DNA of 64,000 nt, from the NCBI GenBank assembly GCA_964564685.1, contig CAZMBC010000002.1, positions 71,170 through 135,169 of the forward strand, written 5' to 3'. Source of the stretch: an uncultured Christensenella sp. Lineage in GTDB: Bacteria > Bacillota > Clostridia > Christensenellales > UBA1242. A model generated the notes under the pieces. That model was not told the origin of the DNA. It made no database searches and worked only from the letters and a program-made list of their open reading frames with translations. Shown one piece after another: positions 45,898-59,083 of the stretch (positions are counted from its first letter, which is position 1; each line of letters opens with the position of its first letter). The translations under genes and the position numbers were made by a program.

Positions 45898-47205
45898 ATG
45901 GCAAAAAATAACTTTGATGAAAATTTAACCATGTTTGAGGATATAAAAAAATACGCGCCTTTAGCAGATAGAATGCGTCCAAGCAAAATTGAGGACTTTG
46001 TAGGGCAGGAACATTTAATATATCCTAACTCGTTTTTGGTTCGTGCAATAAAAGCCAACTCTTTTGGCAGTTGTATTTTTTGGGGTCCTCCGGGCGTAGG
46101 CAAAACTACTATTGCAAATATTATAGCTCACTCATGCAACGGCATTTTTAAAAGGTTAAACGCCGTTAGTTCTGGTGTGGGAGATGCAAAGGAAATAATA
46201 GCCCAGGCCAAAACCAACCTTCAGTTGTATGGTACAAAAACCTATTTGCTTTTAGATGAGTGCCACCGCTGGAGTAAAGCGCAAAGTGATTGTGTGCTGG
46301 AAGCAATAGAAAATGGCGCTATAATATTTATTGGTTCTACAACAGAAAACCCGTATATTAGCATGACAAGGGCGATTGTGAGTAGATGCAACATCTTTGA
46401 ATTTAAACCGCTTAACGAAAATGACATTGTAAACGCGTTACGCAATGCTGTTGTGGATAAAGAACGTGGGTATGGCAACCTTCCAGTAACACTAACTGAC
46501 GAAGCAGCAAAACATATAGCGTGGGCAGTTGGGGGAGATATGCGTTCGGCATACAACGCCCTAGAACTAGCCGTAAAAACCACACCTGCAAACACAAGTG
46601 GTAAAATAGAAATTACAAAAGAAGTAGCAGTTGATTGCGTACAAAAACGCGCTACAGCGTTAGATGAAAACACGTCATATGATATTTTAAGCGCGTTTTG
46701 TAAAAGCTTAAGGGGTAGCGATACTGATGCTGCTTTGTTCTATTGCCAAAAACTGCTAAATAGTGGTTATGACCCTTTGATTATTGCAAGGCGACTAATT
46801 GCGCATGCTAGCGAAGATGTTGGCATGGCGGATAGTAACGCGTTGTTACTTGCCATTTCGGCGCTAATCAGTTGTGAAAAATTGGGTTTGCCGGAGTGTA
46901 ACCTTGCCTTATGCCATGCAATTATTTACTTATGTGAGGCTGAAAAAAGCAACTCTGTGTACTTGGCAATGAGCCGTGCTTCAGCTGATGTGGTTAAGCA
47001 TCCTGAAGCTGTTGTGCCTAATAACCTTAAAAATCATCCAGCGGGCTACAACGATAAGTCTGGTACTTATAAATATCCGCACGATTTTGGTGGATATGTT
47101 AAACAACAATATCTGCCAAAAGCTGTAAAAGATGCAGAATACTACATTCCAAGTAATAATGGTCGAGAGAAAGGTCTTGTTAAGAAAAAGACACGCAACA
47201 ATTAA
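45898..47205 (+). CDS. rarA: Replication-associated recombination protein RarA/MgsA
   Basis: PLADRMRP, WGPPGVGKTT, LDECHRWSKAQ, GSTTENP, KSLRGSD, ASEDVG, YKYPHD. Confidence 0.94.
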   Translation: MAKNNFDENLTMFEDIKKYAPLADRMRPSKIEDFVGQEHLIYPNSFLVRAIKANSFGSCIFWGPPGVGKTTIANIIAHSCNGIFKRLNAVSSGVGDAKEIIAQAKTNLQLYGTKTYLLLDECHRWSKAQSDCVLEAIENGAIIFIGSTTENPYISMTRAIVSRCNIFEFKPLNENDIVNALRNAVVDKERGYGNLPVTLTDEAAKHIAWAVGGDMRSAYNALELAVKTTPANTSGKIEITKEVAVDCVQKRATALDENTSYDILSAFCKSLRGSDTDAALFYCQKLLNSGYDPLIIARRLIAHASEDVGMADSNALLLAISALISCEKLGLPECNLALCHAIIYLCEAEKSNSVYLAMSRASADVVKHPEAVVPNNLKNHPAGYNDKSGTYKYPHDFGGYVKQQYLPKAVKDAEYYIPSNNGREKGLVKKKTRNN

Positions 47206-47231
47206 AAATACATAATTTTAAACGAAGTTAC

Positions 47232-47267
47232 AAAAAAAGAGCACTAATTACTATGGTGCTCATTTTT
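47232..47267. terminator. Bidirectional terminator candidate
   Basis: AAAAAAAGAGCAC-loop-GTGCTCATTTTT between convergent genes. Confidence 0.6.
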
Positions 47268-47282
47268 ATTGTTTATAACCTT

Positions 47283-48146
47283 TTAAATTTCTGGTTTAAA
47301 GTTTTCAAAAATAATGCTATCGCAGTACTTTGCAACCTTTAAATATTCTTCTTGACTTTTAACATTGTATGCTAAAATGCCTAGTGGTTTAACTTTGTTA
47401 ATTTTTTTACATGGTAAATCTTTAGCATTGTAACAAACATAGTCTGTATGTGCAACATTATTTGCATACTTTAGCTTTTGTAAGTGCTTGGTTTTGATAC
47501 CCGCATATTGTTTTATTCTAAATTTTCCACTTCTTATAATCCTAGGAAGCCATGGCGCTTGCTCGTAAAACCAACCTAGTGAGTATGGGTTAATACTCAT
47601 AACTGCAACATTATCAAATAAATTAAACTTTTTGATGTATGTTTCAATGTCGTTTAAAACCTTTTGTTCAGTGTCACCAACTAATCCCTCGTTCATAACC
47701 TCTATAATAACAGGAACACGACCTTTTATGTGATTAAGCGCTTCGCTTAGTGTAGGAATAAATTCGTCAGAGTCTAAAATTTTGTTGGCTTTAACATCAT
47801 TTAAGGTTAGATTTGCTACATATCCGCTAATCTTATTGCTGTTAGCAAGTGTTTTATCTTTAATACAAATAATCTCTCCGTCACTTAATGCGTGAACCGG
47901 GATAAGGATAGGGTAGCCCATCTCTATCGCATTTTCGTAAGCACCTAAAGTATTTGCGGGATGACCCTCGGTTTCGAATCCGTGTTTGGAAATGTAACTA
48001 TCAATCAACCAATAATGTTTTATAACATCTATGTATTCATCCGACTGCCTTAAAGTTTCATATTCGCCATTTTTAACTAAATTGATAATGTTCTTTTTGT
48101 GATTTGTATATTCCTGAGCCTGCTCGGCTTCTATATTTTTAACCAT
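47283..48146 (-). CDS. Glycerophosphodiester phosphodiesterase-fold protein with degenerate active site
   Basis: ANTLGAYENAIEMGY, IPTLSEAL, IIEV match the GDPD scaffold; HRG, ExD and HD motifs are substituted. Confidence 0.75.
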   Translation of the reverse strand: MVKNIEAEQAQEYTNHKKNIINLVKNGEYETLRQSDEYIDVIKHYWLIDSYISKHGFETEGHPANTLGAYENAIEMGYPILIPVHALSDGEIICIKDKTLANSNKISGYVANLTLNDVKANKILDSDEFIPTLSEALNHIKGRVPVIIEVMNEGLVGDTEQKVLNDIETYIKKFNLFDNVAVMSINPYSLGWFYEQAPWLPRIIRSGKFRIKQYAGIKTKHLQKLKYANNVAHTDYVCYNAKDLPCKKINKVKPLGILAYNVKSQEEYLKVAKYCDSIIFENFKPEI

Positions 48147-48410
48147 AATAACCCTTTGCAATATTCGTTATAAAATAAGTATATGTTGCACGCAACAAAT
48201 ATAAAATTTAAATTCAAAAAATTCAAATAAACTATCGCTAAATATAAACAAGAAAAAAAGTATGTTTTAGCAAAAAAATAGTATAAGTTTTACTTTATAA
48301 TATATTGTTTCTGACATAAAGTCAAATAAAATTACGCATTTAATTGTTTAAACCCCTTTGAATATAGGCGGTTTTATGATATAATGTGCGTAGTTTAATT
48401 GGAGAAAATA

Positions 48411-50213
48411 ATGGACAAAGAACTTATAAGAAATTTTTGTATAGTAGCACATATTGACCATGGGAAAAGCACATTAGCAGATAGACTTTTGGAAATAACT
48501 AACACTGTGGCAAAGCGCGACCTAACCAATCAACTGCTTGATAGTATGGATATTGAGCGTGAAAGGGGAATAACTATAAAACTAACCCCATCCACTATGA
48601 AATATAACTACAATGGAAAGCAATATACCCTAAATTTAATAGATACACCAGGGCATGTTGACTTTACTTATGAGGTGTCGCGTTCGTTGGCGGCATGTGA
48701 GGGCGCAATACTAATTGTGGATGCTACACAGGGTGTAGAGGCGCAGACACTAGCAAATGTTTATTTGGCGCTAGAAAACGACCTTGAAATTTTGCCCGTT
48801 ATAAATAAAATTGATTTGCCTAGTGCGGATGTTGAAAATGCACGTAAGGAAATTGAGGATATTATTGGCATTCCAGCGGATGTTGCACCCGCAGTTAGTG
48901 CAAAAGAGGGCACAAATGTTGAGGAAGTTCTAAAACAAATTATCGAGTGTATTCCAGCACCAAAGGGCGATGCAAATGCGCCCCTTAAAGCACTTATTTT
49001 TGATAGTTATTACGATAATTTTAAAGGTGCTGTATGCCTTGTTAGAATAGTGGACGGAACGGTAAGAAAGGGCGATAGGATTAAATTCTTTGCAACTGGC
49101 AAGGAATTTGATGTAACCGAAGTGGGCATATTTGAGCCCAAAGCTACTGAACAACAAGAACTTATGGCAGGTGACGTTGGATATATTTCGGCTTCAATTA
49201 AAAATGTAAGCGAAACAAAGGTGGGAGATACAATTACGCTTGCAAACAATCCTGCAAAACAACCATTAGAGGGTTATAAAGAAGTTAAGCCCGTTGTGTT
49301 TAGTGGTGTTTTCTGTACTGATGGCAGTCATTATAATGATTTGAAAGATGCACTTGAAAAACTTAAGTTAAATGACGCCTCGTTAGAGTATGTGCCAGAG
49401 GTTTCGCAAGCACTAGGTTTTGGCTTTAGATGTGGCTTTTTGGGACTATTACACATGGAAATCATACAGGAACGCCTTGAAAGGGAATTTGATTTGGACC
49501 TTATAACCACCGCTCCTTCGGTTAGTTATAGGGTGCATAAAACCAACGGCGAGGTACTAGAAATTAGTAACCCATCAAACTTGCCACCAGCCCAATCAAT
49601 TGCCTATATGGAAGAGCCGATGGTTAAGGTTAATATTTTTACCCCTCCAGAGTATGTTGGCGCGCTTATGGAATTAAGCCAGGATAAACGCGGGGAATAT
49701 ATAAACCTAGAATATCTAGATTCAAGTCGATGTCAGTTAATTTACAAAATTCCGCTTAACGAAATTATGTTTGATTATTTCGATTCGTTAAAATCCTGCT
49801 CAAGAGGATACGCTAGCATGGATTACGAGATGGTGGGTTATGAAAAAAGCGAGCTTGTAAAACTTGATGTAATGTTAAATGGCGAGGTTTGTGACGCTTT
49901 AAGTTTAATAGTTCATAAGGACAAGGCATATGGCCGAGGAAGGGCGATTGCTGAAAAACTTAAAGAGGTTATTCCAAGGCAGATGTTTGAAATTCCTATT
50001 CAGGCCTCAATTGGCGGAAAAGTAATTGCGCGCGAAACGGTTAAAGCTTTTCGCAAGGATGTTTTGGCAAAGTGTTATGGTGGTGATATAACCCGTAAAC
50101 GCAAATTGCTTGAAAAACAAAAGCGCGGCAAAAAGAAAATGCGACAAATTGGCTCGGTAGAAATTCCAAGCGACGCATTTATGTCTATCCTTAAAGTTGG
50201 TGATAAAAAGTAA
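48411..50213 (+). CDS. lepA: Elongation factor 4
   Basis: [55 protein letters not shown]; RBS before ATG 48411. Confidence 0.98.
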   Translation: MDKELIRNFCIVAHIDHGKSTLADRLLEITNTVAKRDLTNQLLDSMDIERERGITIKLTPSTMKYNYNGKQYTLNLIDTPGHVDFTYEVSRSLAACEGAILIVDATQGVEAQTLANVYLALENDLEILPVINKIDLPSADVENARKEIEDIIGIPADVAPAVSAKEGTNVEEVLKQIIECIPAPKGDANAPLKALIFDSYYDNFKGAVCLVRIVDGTVRKGDRIKFFATGKEFDVTEVGIFEPKATEQQELMAGDVGYISASIKNVSETKVGDTITLANNPAKQPLEGYKEVKPVVFSGVFCTDGSHYNDLKDALEKLKLNDASLEYVPEVSQALGFGFRCGFLGLLHMEIIQERLEREFDLDLITTAPSVSYRVHKTNGEVLEISNPSNLPPAQSIAYMEEPMVKVNIFTPPEYVGALMELSQDKRGEYINLEYLDSSRCQLIYKIPLNEIMFDYFDSLKSCSRGYASMDYEMVGYEKSELVKLDVMLNGEVCDALSLIVHKDKAYGRGRAIAEKLKEVIPRQMFEIPIQASIGGKVIARETVKAFRKDVLAKCYGGDITRKRKLLEKQKRGKKKMRQIGSVEIPSDAFMSILKVGDKK

Positions 50214-50227
50214 AAGGAACATAAAAC

Positions 50228-51370
50228 ATGAAAGAATTAGGGTTATATATTCATATTCCATTTTGTGCAAGCAAGTGCAAGTATTGTTCTTTTAATTCCT
50301 ATGCATGCAAAGATGATTTACAACAAGAGTACATTAAGGCACTTGTAAAAGAAATTGAGTATTACAAAACCAAGTTTGCGGGCAGAGAAGTTACTACAGT
50401 GTTTATAGGTGGCGGAACACCATCCCACCTAGTTAAAGGTGGAATAAGCACAATTTTATCTAGAGTAAAATCCTATTTTAAACTTGCCAAAAACTGCGAA
50501 ATTACTATTGAAGCCAACCCCAATTCTGTAAACTATCAAAAGGCACTTGAGTGGCGCTCGGCGGGGGTTAATCGTGTTAGTATAGGATTTCAGACCGCAA
50601 AAAAATCCCTACTAAAAAAGATTGGAAGAATTCACACAAAAAAAGACCTTGAAACTGCAATAAATCACTTGCGCAGTGTTGGATTTCAAAATATCAATGT
50701 TGATTTAATGATAGGGCTTCCTACTCAAAGGCAAAAAGATGTTAAGATGGCGCTTAATTATGTTACAAAAATGGGTGTCACACATGTTTCAGCATATACA
50801 CTTATATTAGAAGAGGGTACACCACTTTACGATAGCGTGCAAAAGGGCGAGATTAAAGTCCCCAAGGAAGAAAGGGTGCTTGCAATGTATGATTATCTTA
50901 AAAAATATCTACATAAGCGTGGCTTTAACAGATATGAAGTCAGCAATTTTGCTCAAGTTGGATATGAGTGTAAGCACAATCTTAATTGCTGGAGCATGCA
51001 AGAATATGTGGGTTTTGGCGCAGGTGCACATAGTTATGTGGGCAAAATGCGATATTCTAATCTAGAAGATCCAAGTGAGTATATTGAACATATTAATAAA
51101 AATGGCATTGCGGTTGAAACAATGGAAAAGTTAACTGCAAAAGAAGAATTTGAAGAGTATGTTATGCTGGGTTTGCGCAAGTCGAAAGGCATAAATTTAA
51201 AAGATTTAAGCAAATTGTATAATGTAGACCTGCGCATAAAAAAAGCGGATATAATCAGTAAATATTTGGATATGGATTTAATAAAAGTGAATAAAAACCA
51301 GCTTTATGTAACAGACAAGGGATTTAATGTATTAAATCGCATTATATTAGATTTAGTTTACGAAAGCTAA
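50228..51370 (+). CDS. hemW: Radical SAM heme chaperone HemW (HemN-like)
   Basis: YIHIPFCASKCKYC, GGGTPS, YEVSNF, HNLNCW; position between lepA and hrcA. Confidence 0.9.
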   Translation: MKELGLYIHIPFCASKCKYCSFNSYACKDDLQQEYIKALVKEIEYYKTKFAGREVTTVFIGGGTPSHLVKGGISTILSRVKSYFKLAKNCEITIEANPNSVNYQKALEWRSAGVNRVSIGFQTAKKSLLKKIGRIHTKKDLETAINHLRSVGFQNINVDLMIGLPTQRQKDVKMALNYVTKMGVTHVSAYTLILEEGTPLYDSVQKGEIKVPKEERVLAMYDYLKKYLHKRGFNRYEVSNFAQVGYECKHNLNCWSMQEYVGFGAGAHSYVGKMRYSNLEDPSEYIEHINKNGIAVETMEKLTAKEEFEEYVMLGLRKSKGINLKDLSKLYNVDLRIKKADIISKYLDMDLIKVNKNQLYVTDKGFNVLNRIILDLVYES

Positions 51371-51392
51371 TCAGTTTTTATGTTTTTAAAAT

Positions 51393-51418
51393 AAAACGCC
51401 TTTCTATAAGGTGTTTTT
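51393..51418 (+). terminator. Terminator after hemW
   Basis: AAAACGCCTT-TCTAT-AAGGTGTTTT. Confidence 0.65.
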
Positions 51419-51512
51419 ATTTTTAATATAACTATATTTATTAAATTAATGCTCGGTGCATATTTATGAACAAAAATTTTACAAAATTTTTAAAAATTTG
51501 TGGCATAAATTG

Positions 51513-51541
51513 TTGACATTGGAATATAATAGGACTAGAAT
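51513..51541 (+). promoter_or_regulatory. Sigma-A promoter of the hrcA-dnaK operon
   Basis: TTGACA-N17-TAGAAT. Confidence 0.8.
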
Positions 51542-51545
51542 ATGG

Positions 51546-51572
51546 TTAGCACTCAATAAAAGAGAGTGCTAA
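51546..51572. promoter_or_regulatory. CIRCE element (HrcA operator)
   Basis: Perfect TTAGCACTC-N9-GAGTGCTAA. Confidence 0.97.
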
Positions 51573-51610
51573 CAAAACACTAATGTAAGCGCTAAAAGGA
51601 GCGTGTTTGT

Positions 51611-52675
51611 TTGAGTAATAATGATACTTTTAAACTTAATGACCGCAAACGGCAACTGGTTTTGGGTGTGGTGGAAAGTTATATAGAAAATGCCTTGCCA
51701 GTAACTAGTGAAAGAGTGCAAAGTAATTTATTTAACAGCTTATCAAGTGCAACATTGCGAAATGAGCTAAGTGCCTTGGAGGAGATGGGTTATTTAAAAC
51801 AACTGCACACATCTTCGGGTAGAGTGCCAACAACAAAGGCATATAGGTATTTTGTAAATCATCTTATCGAAAATCAAAATTTTGATGTAGACGTAATGGA
51901 GCAGGTTGGACAGCGTTTTAAGGAGCGTTCGGGCTTCTTGTTGCAAACAATTGATGATGTTGCAAAAAAAATTGGTGAAATTATAGAGTATCCCGTGTTT
52001 ATAAAAACATCTGGCTATGAGGAGTTGGTTGTAAAAGGTATTAATATTATTCCGTTAATTACCGGGCAGGCTCTAATGCTGATCCAAACAAATGAGGGTA
52101 TTATTAACAACACTTTTAACCTAAAACCTTATATTACCGAAGAGCATTGTAAAGACGCTAGCAAATTTCTATCTACAAATCTTTGCAATAAAAAAGTGGC
52201 TGATATTCTTGAAAATTTTGATGTTTACAACAACATGTTTAAAAAGCAAATCAACTATTTTAATGATTTGTTTACATCTCTTACAGAAATGCTTAAGTTA
52301 TATGTAACAAAAGGGACATCAAGTGTTGTTAGGGGTAACACAACAAAACTGTTAGAAAAACCTGAACTAAAAGATGTGAACAGTGTTAAAAAGTTTTTAA
52401 ACATAGTAGAAAACGAAGATAGCATTAAAGAAATTATTGAAAACATTGATGAACATTCAAACAATATTGTGTTTTCTATTGGTGAAGAAAATCAAAGCGA
52501 AGAATTTAACAACTATAGCATTGTTAAAGCAAACTATACGCTTCCAAATGGCATAACAGCTAGCATAGGTGTGTTAGGACCAGAGCGAATGGATTACGCA
52601 AAAATAGCCTCGGCACTAAAATTTATAGTGGACGAAATGAACAATATACACAAAGGAGATAAGGATGGCAAATAA
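51611..52675 (+). CDS. hrcA: Heat-inducible repressor HrcA
   Basis: SSATLRNEL, HTSSGRVPT, GVLGPERMDY; CIRCE upstream. Confidence 0.95.
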   Translation: MSNNDTFKLNDRKRQLVLGVVESYIENALPVTSERVQSNLFNSLSSATLRNELSALEEMGYLKQLHTSSGRVPTTKAYRYFVNHLIENQNFDVDVMEQVGQRFKERSGFLLQTIDDVAKKIGEIIEYPVFIKTSGYEELVVKGINIIPLITGQALMLIQTNEGIINNTFNLKPYITEEHCKDASKFLSTNLCNKKVADILENFDVYNNMFKKQINYFNDLFTSLTEMLKLYVTKGTSSVVRGNTTKLLEKPELKDVNSVKKFLNIVENEDSIKEIIENIDEHSNNIVFSIGEENQSEEFNNYSIVKANYTLPNGITASIGVLGPERMDYAKIASALKFIVDEMNNIHKGDKDGK

Positions 52676-53177
52676 AAAAGAACACGCAAATGTTGAACAT
52701 GAATGCAAATGCAAACAACATGCCCCGCATGATGAAAGTGCCTGTGAATGCAATAAAAATAGCAAAGAGCAGGAATATTTGGAACTTGCGCAACGTCTAA
52801 AAGCAGAATTTGAAAACTACAAAAAACGAAATAGTGACATTTCTGCAATAAGCTATAACAATGGAGTAGCAACCACAGTTACAAAGATGCTTCCTTGTAT
52901 TGATGCGTTTAAACAAGCAAAAAGCAACATTACTGACGAAAGCGTTTTGCAAGGATTAGATATGGTTTTAAATAGCATGCTAAATGCTTTTAAAGAATTG
53001 GGCGTAACAAAAATTGAGGCACTAGGAAAAACTTTTGACCCTTATTTGCACAATGCGGTACTTACGGGTAATGACCCAAATTTAGAAAACAATGTTGTGT
53101 TGGAAGAATATCAAGACGGCTTTATGCTAGGCGATAAGGTTATTAGACATAGCGTAGTGAAAATAAACAAGTTATAA
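52665..53177 (+). CDS. grpE: Nucleotide exchange factor GrpE
   Basis: RLKAEFENYKKR, FDPYLHNAV, GFMLGDKVIR. Confidence 0.94.
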   Translation: MANKKEHANVEHECKCKQHAPHDESACECNKNSKEQEYLELAQRLKAEFENYKKRNSDISAISYNNGVATTVTKMLPCIDAFKQAKSNITDESVLQGLDMVLNSMLNAFKELGVTKIEALGKTFDPYLHNAVLTGNDPNLENNVVLEEYQDGFMLGDKVIRHSVVKINKL

Positions 53178-55022
<1,845 letters not shown>

Positions 55023-55034
55023 AAGTAGATAAAT

Positions 55035-56147
55035 ATGGCAAAAAATTATTATGAAACTTTAGGGGTAGATAAAAACGCTAGTGATGAGGAAATTAAAAGC
55101 GCCTATAGAAAATTAGCAAAAAAATATCACCCTGATCTTAATAAAGATAATCCTGATGCAAGCGAAAAGTTTAAAGAAATTAACGAAGCATATGAATGCT
55201 TAAGCGACAAACAAAAGCGTAGCAATTATGACCAATTTGGTTCGGCAACCGGCCCTAACCCTAATGATTTCTTTGGTGGGGCTGGTGGCTTTGATGGCTT
55301 TGGTATGGACGATTTGTTTAACATCTTTGGAAACTTTGGTGGCAGAACAAGGTCAACAAATGCAGGCATAAGAGGAGAAGATTTGCAGGTGCAAATTAAT
55401 CTTTCCTTTATAGACGCTGTTTTTGGTTGTAAAAAAGATATTAACATTACACGTGTTGAAACTTGTTCTAAATGTAATGGAACAGGTGCTAAAGACGGAA
55501 AAGCTTACAGCACTTGCTCGGAGTGTAATGGCACAGGAATTGCGCGCTACACTGAAAACACCATGTTTGGCCGCGTTGTTCGCACTGGACCATGTAGGGC
55601 ATGTAACGGTACAGGCAAGTTAATCCGAGAAAAATGCACAGAATGCTCTGGCAGTGGTAGTAAGCGTGTTAATTCCACAATTTCAGTTAATATTCCAGCA
55701 GGAATTGACGACGGGCAAGTTCTTACTATGCGAGGAAAAGGAAACGCTGGCGCACGTGGTGGAGCAAATGGAGACCTGCATATTATTGTTAAGGTGGAAA
55801 AACACAAGATTTTACAGCGAGATGGCTATGATTTGTATTTAAAACTTTATGTTCCGTTCTACACCTTGCTTTTGGGTGGTGAAGTAACTATTCCGCTTGC
55901 AAAAGGAACAACAACACTAAAAATTCCAGAACTTACACAAAGTAACACTGTTTTTAAACTTAAAGGCAAAGGAATTCAAAACCTTAATTCTTCGGCGTTT
56001 GGAAACCTTGTTGTTACAGTTGTTTCCGAAAGTCCAAAGTCACTTTCTAAAGACGAGAAGAAATTACTTAACGAAGTTAAGGATAAGTTAAAAGATTCTG
56101 ACTTTGCACGCTATAAATCTTACAAAAAAGATATGGAAAATTTATAA
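55035..56147 (+). CDS. dnaJ: Chaperone DnaJ
   Basis: J domain HPD, G/F region, four CxxCxGxG repeats. Confidence 0.98.
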   Translation: MAKNYYETLGVDKNASDEEIKSAYRKLAKKYHPDLNKDNPDASEKFKEINEAYECLSDKQKRSNYDQFGSATGPNPNDFFGGAGGFDGFGMDDLFNIFGNFGGRTRSTNAGIRGEDLQVQINLSFIDAVFGCKKDINITRVETCSKCNGTGAKDGKAYSTCSECNGTGIARYTENTMFGRVVRTGPCRACNGTGKLIREKCTECSGSGSKRVNSTISVNIPAGIDDGQVLTMRGKGNAGARGGANGDLHIIVKVEKHKILQRDGYDLYLKLYVPFYTLLLGGEVTIPLAKGTTTLKIPELTQSNTVFKLKGKGIQNLNSSAFGNLVVTVVSESPKSLSKDEKKLLNEVKDKLKDSDFARYKSYKKDMENL

Positions 56148-56150
56148 AAT

Positions 56151-56176
56151 AAATCGCCACATGATGGCGATTTTTT
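56151..56176 (+). terminator. Terminator after dnaJ
   Basis: AAATCGCCA-CATGA-TGGCGATTTTTT. Confidence 0.8.
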
Positions 56177-56222
56177 ATTTAAATCTATTTAACATAATCT
56201 AAATTTGTGTTAATATAGTTGT

Positions 56223-56951
56223 ATGAAAAGATTTTACATATATAAAAATGAATTTAATATTAATAACATTGTGTTAAGTGGGGTGGAGCATAATCACTTA
56301 AAAAATGTTTTGAGGCTTGAAGTTGGCCAACATGTAATTATAGTGTGTGCTGATGGTTATGATTACGAGTGCGAAATTAACGATATTGCCAAAAATCACA
56401 CTAGATTAACGCTTGTTAATAAGTGTAGAAACGTATTTGATAGCGCACAGGATGTTACATTTTATCAGGCACTAACTAAATCGGACAATATGAACCTAAT
56501 TGTGCAAAAACTAACCGAACTTGGAGTTAAGACATTTATTCCATTTGAAAGCCGATACACAACAGCAAAAGATAAGCTTGGAAAGGCGGATAAATTACAA
56601 AATATTTCTAATCAAAGTATAAAACAGTGTAAACGTTCAACGCCTATGCAAGTACGCGAAACTCATACTTTTAAACAAATGGTATCAGAACTTAAAAATT
56701 ATGACATTGTAATTTTTGCAAACGAGTGTGAAAAGTCCACACCGCTTTCTAGGTTAAATATAACTTCTGGCAAAAAGGTGGCGCTAATTGTGGGAAGCGA
56801 GGGTGGTTTTGACGAAAACGAAATAGCAGAAATACAATCGGCTGGTGGCACAAGCGTAACGCTTGGTAAACGCATTTTACGTGCAGAAACAAGCGCAATA
56901 GCCCTAGCGAGTGTGGTTATGTATTTAATGGGAGAGTGGACTTATGACTAA
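56223..56951 (+). CDS. rsmE: 16S rRNA m3U1498 methyltransferase
   Basis: HLKNVLRL, QKLTELGV, GSEGGF, LGKRILRAETSA. Confidence 0.93.
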   Translation: MKRFYIYKNEFNINNIVLSGVEHNHLKNVLRLEVGQHVIIVCADGYDYECEINDIAKNHTRLTLVNKCRNVFDSAQDVTFYQALTKSDNMNLIVQKLTELGVKTFIPFESRYTTAKDKLGKADKLQNISNQSIKQCKRSTPMQVRETHTFKQMVSELKNYDIVIFANECEKSTPLSRLNITSGKKVALIVGSEGGFDENEIAEIQSAGGTSVTLGKRILRAETSAIALASVVMYLMGEWTYD

Positions 56952-58191
56952 GACATTCCATATTAGTACACTTGGATGCAAGCTTAATAAATACGAAAGT
57001 GATTGTATGGCAAACCTACTTATAAAAAATGGTTATAAATTAATAACTGATTTTTTACCTGCAGACATATACATCATTAACACATGTGCGGTTACGGCAG
57101 AGTCTGAAAAAAAGAGTAGACAATATATTGCCAAGTGCTTAAAGTTGAATCCAAATGCCAAAATAATAATTTGCGGTTGTGCTAGCGAAAACAACTTAAA
57201 ACAGTTTGAGGGTAAAGCAAATGTATTTTCGATTATCGGCAATGCAGGAAAATCAAACATATTAAATGTGGTGGAAACACCTATAAAGAAAGTATATGAA
57301 CAGCCTTGCGAATATGAAAGCATTGGTGAGCCGTTCGTAACACAAACAAGAGGGTATTTAAAGGTGCAGGATGGCTGTAATAACTTTTGTTCATATTGTC
57401 TTATTCCTTACTTACGTGGTCGCAGTCGAAGCCGTAATTTAAAAGAATGTGTTGCCGAGGCGTTAAAATTAAGTGTAACATGCAAAGAAATTGTAATAAC
57501 AGGAATTGATTTAAGCTCTTTTAAACCATCATTAGCAGAACTACTGAATGCTCTAAAAGATGTTCCTGCGCGTTTAAGACTAGGTAGTTTGGAGGTTAAT
57601 GTTGTAACCGAGCAATTAATGCAAACACTATCCAGCATGCCAAGTTTTTGCCCACAGTTTCACTTAAGTTTACAAAGCGGTGACAATCAAGTTTTAAAAC
57701 GAATGAATAGGCACTACACAGCAGAAGAGTATTATGATAAGGTGCAACTAATAAGGCAGTACTTTCCATTGGCAAACATAACAACGGATGTGATAGTGGG
57801 GTTTGCTGAAGAAACTGAACAAGAGTTTGAAAACACCAAGCGCTTTATTCAAAAGGTTGGGTTTGGTGGGCTGCATGCCTTTCCTTATAGCAAGCGCGAG
57901 GGCACACTTGCAAGCAAGATTTATAAAAACGACTTGCCAAAGGATGTAAAAAATCATCGTGTTAAACAGTTGGAGGCCTTGGCTAAAGAGTGTTTTATAA
58001 ATTATATTAACGCGCTTAAGAGTCAAACATTCACAGTGTTAACTGAGGATGAAGAAAATGGCTTTGTTGTTGGATATACTGAAAACTATATTAAAGTTTA
58101 TTTGGATATAAATACGCCTAAAAATCAGCTTGTGCCAGTTAGATTAGGCGAGTTAATTTTGGATGGTGTAAAAGGAGAAATAATTAAATGA
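56944..58191 (+). CDS. mtaB: tRNA methylthiotransferase MtaB
   Basis: TLGCKLN, NTCAVT, QDGCNNFCSYC, HLSLQSG, TTDVIVGF; position after rsmE. Confidence 0.9.
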   Translation: MTKTFHISTLGCKLNKYESDCMANLLIKNGYKLITDFLPADIYIINTCAVTAESEKKSRQYIAKCLKLNPNAKIIICGCASENNLKQFEGKANVFSIIGNAGKSNILNVVETPIKKVYEQPCEYESIGEPFVTQTRGYLKVQDGCNNFCSYCLIPYLRGRSRSRNLKECVAEALKLSVTCKEIVITGIDLSSFKPSLAELLNALKDVPARLRLGSLEVNVVTEQLMQTLSSMPSFCPQFHLSLQSGDNQVLKRMNRHYTAEEYYDKVQLIRQYFPLANITTDVIVGFAEETEQEFENTKRFIQKVGFGGLHAFPYSKREGTLASKIYKNDLPKDVKNHRVKQLEALAKECFINYINALKSQTFTVLTEDEENGFVVGYTENYIKVYLDINTPKNQLVPVRLGELILDGVKGEIIK

Positions 58192-58598
58192 TAGCAAACG
58201 ATAATTGTATTTTTTGTAAAATTGTAAAAGGTGAAATTCCTTGTTATAAAGTATATGAGGACGACAAGTGTCTTGCGTTTTTAGATATTAGTAACGATAC
58301 ATTTGGCCACACATTGGTTGTTCCCAAAATTCACAAAGAAAATCTTGTGAAGTGTGATACCTACACACTTAATGCGCTAATTTCAGCCGTAAAAAAAATA
58401 AGTGAGCATTATATAAAAAATTGCGGAATTGATGGCGTTAATGTGTTTAATAACTGCAACGCATGTGCTGGGCAAACAATTATGCATTTGCACTTTCATA
58501 TAATTCCTCGCACAACTAACGATAATGTGGTGTTTGGCCCTATAAAAAGTGATAATAAGGCACAGTTAACAGACGTTTTGGAAAAACTTAAAATGTAG
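58188..58598 (+). CDS. HIT-family nucleotide hydrolase
   Basis: CIFCKIV, GHTLVVPK, HLHFH. Confidence 0.92.
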   Translation: MIANDNCIFCKIVKGEIPCYKVYEDDKCLAFLDISNDTFGHTLVVPKIHKENLVKCDTYTLNALISAVKKISEHYIKNCGIDGVNVFNNCNACAGQTIMHLHFHIIPRTTNDNVVFGPIKSDNKAQLTDVLEKLKM

Positions 58599-58712
58599 TA
58601 GAAATTTTTGCGTAGTTAGCCAAATTTTTAATTATTTAGCTAAAATTAATTTTATATGTTAACTGTTTTAAGAGTGAATAATAGAATAATAAAATAAAAT
58701 ACACTATATTGC

Positions 58713-58740
58713 TTGACAAAGTTATAAAATGTATTATAAT
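58713..58740 (+). promoter_or_regulatory. Sigma-A promoter for rpsU
   Basis: TTGACA-N16-TATAAT. Confidence 0.75.
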
Positions 58741-58775
58741 AATAAGCGAATTTTTAAACAAAGTGGGTGAAAAAG

Positions 58776-58958
58776 TTGAGTACAGTTAGAGTTGGTGAAA
58801 CTGAAAGCGTAGAAAGCGCTATCAAACGCTTTAAAAGAAAATGCCAAAAAGATGGCATCATTGGTGACTTGCGTAAACACGAAGCATATGAGAAACCAAG
58901 CATTAAAGCAAAGAAAAAACAAAAAGCCGCTATTAAACGCGCAAGAAAAAACAAATAG
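58776..58958 (+). CDS. rpsU: 30S ribosomal protein S21
   Basis: ESVESAIKRFKR...RKHEAYEKPS...AAIKR; TTG 58776 preferred over GTG 58767. Confidence 0.93.
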   Translation: MSTVRVGETESVESAIKRFKRKCQKDGIIGDLRKHEAYEKPSIKAKKKQKAAIKRARKNK

Positions 58959-58972
58959 TTAAACAAAAAAAC

Positions 58973-58999
58973 AAAAAGTGTCGATTTTCGACACTTTTT
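58973..58999 (+). terminator. Terminator after rpsU
   Basis: AAAAAGTGTCGA-TTT-TCGACACTTTTT. Confidence 0.85.
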
Positions 59000-59083
59000 C
59001 TTATTTTTCCCACATGCTAATTGTTATGAATTAAAGCAGGTTTTTACTATAATTAATGTAACAAATTATACAGGGGAAAGAAA

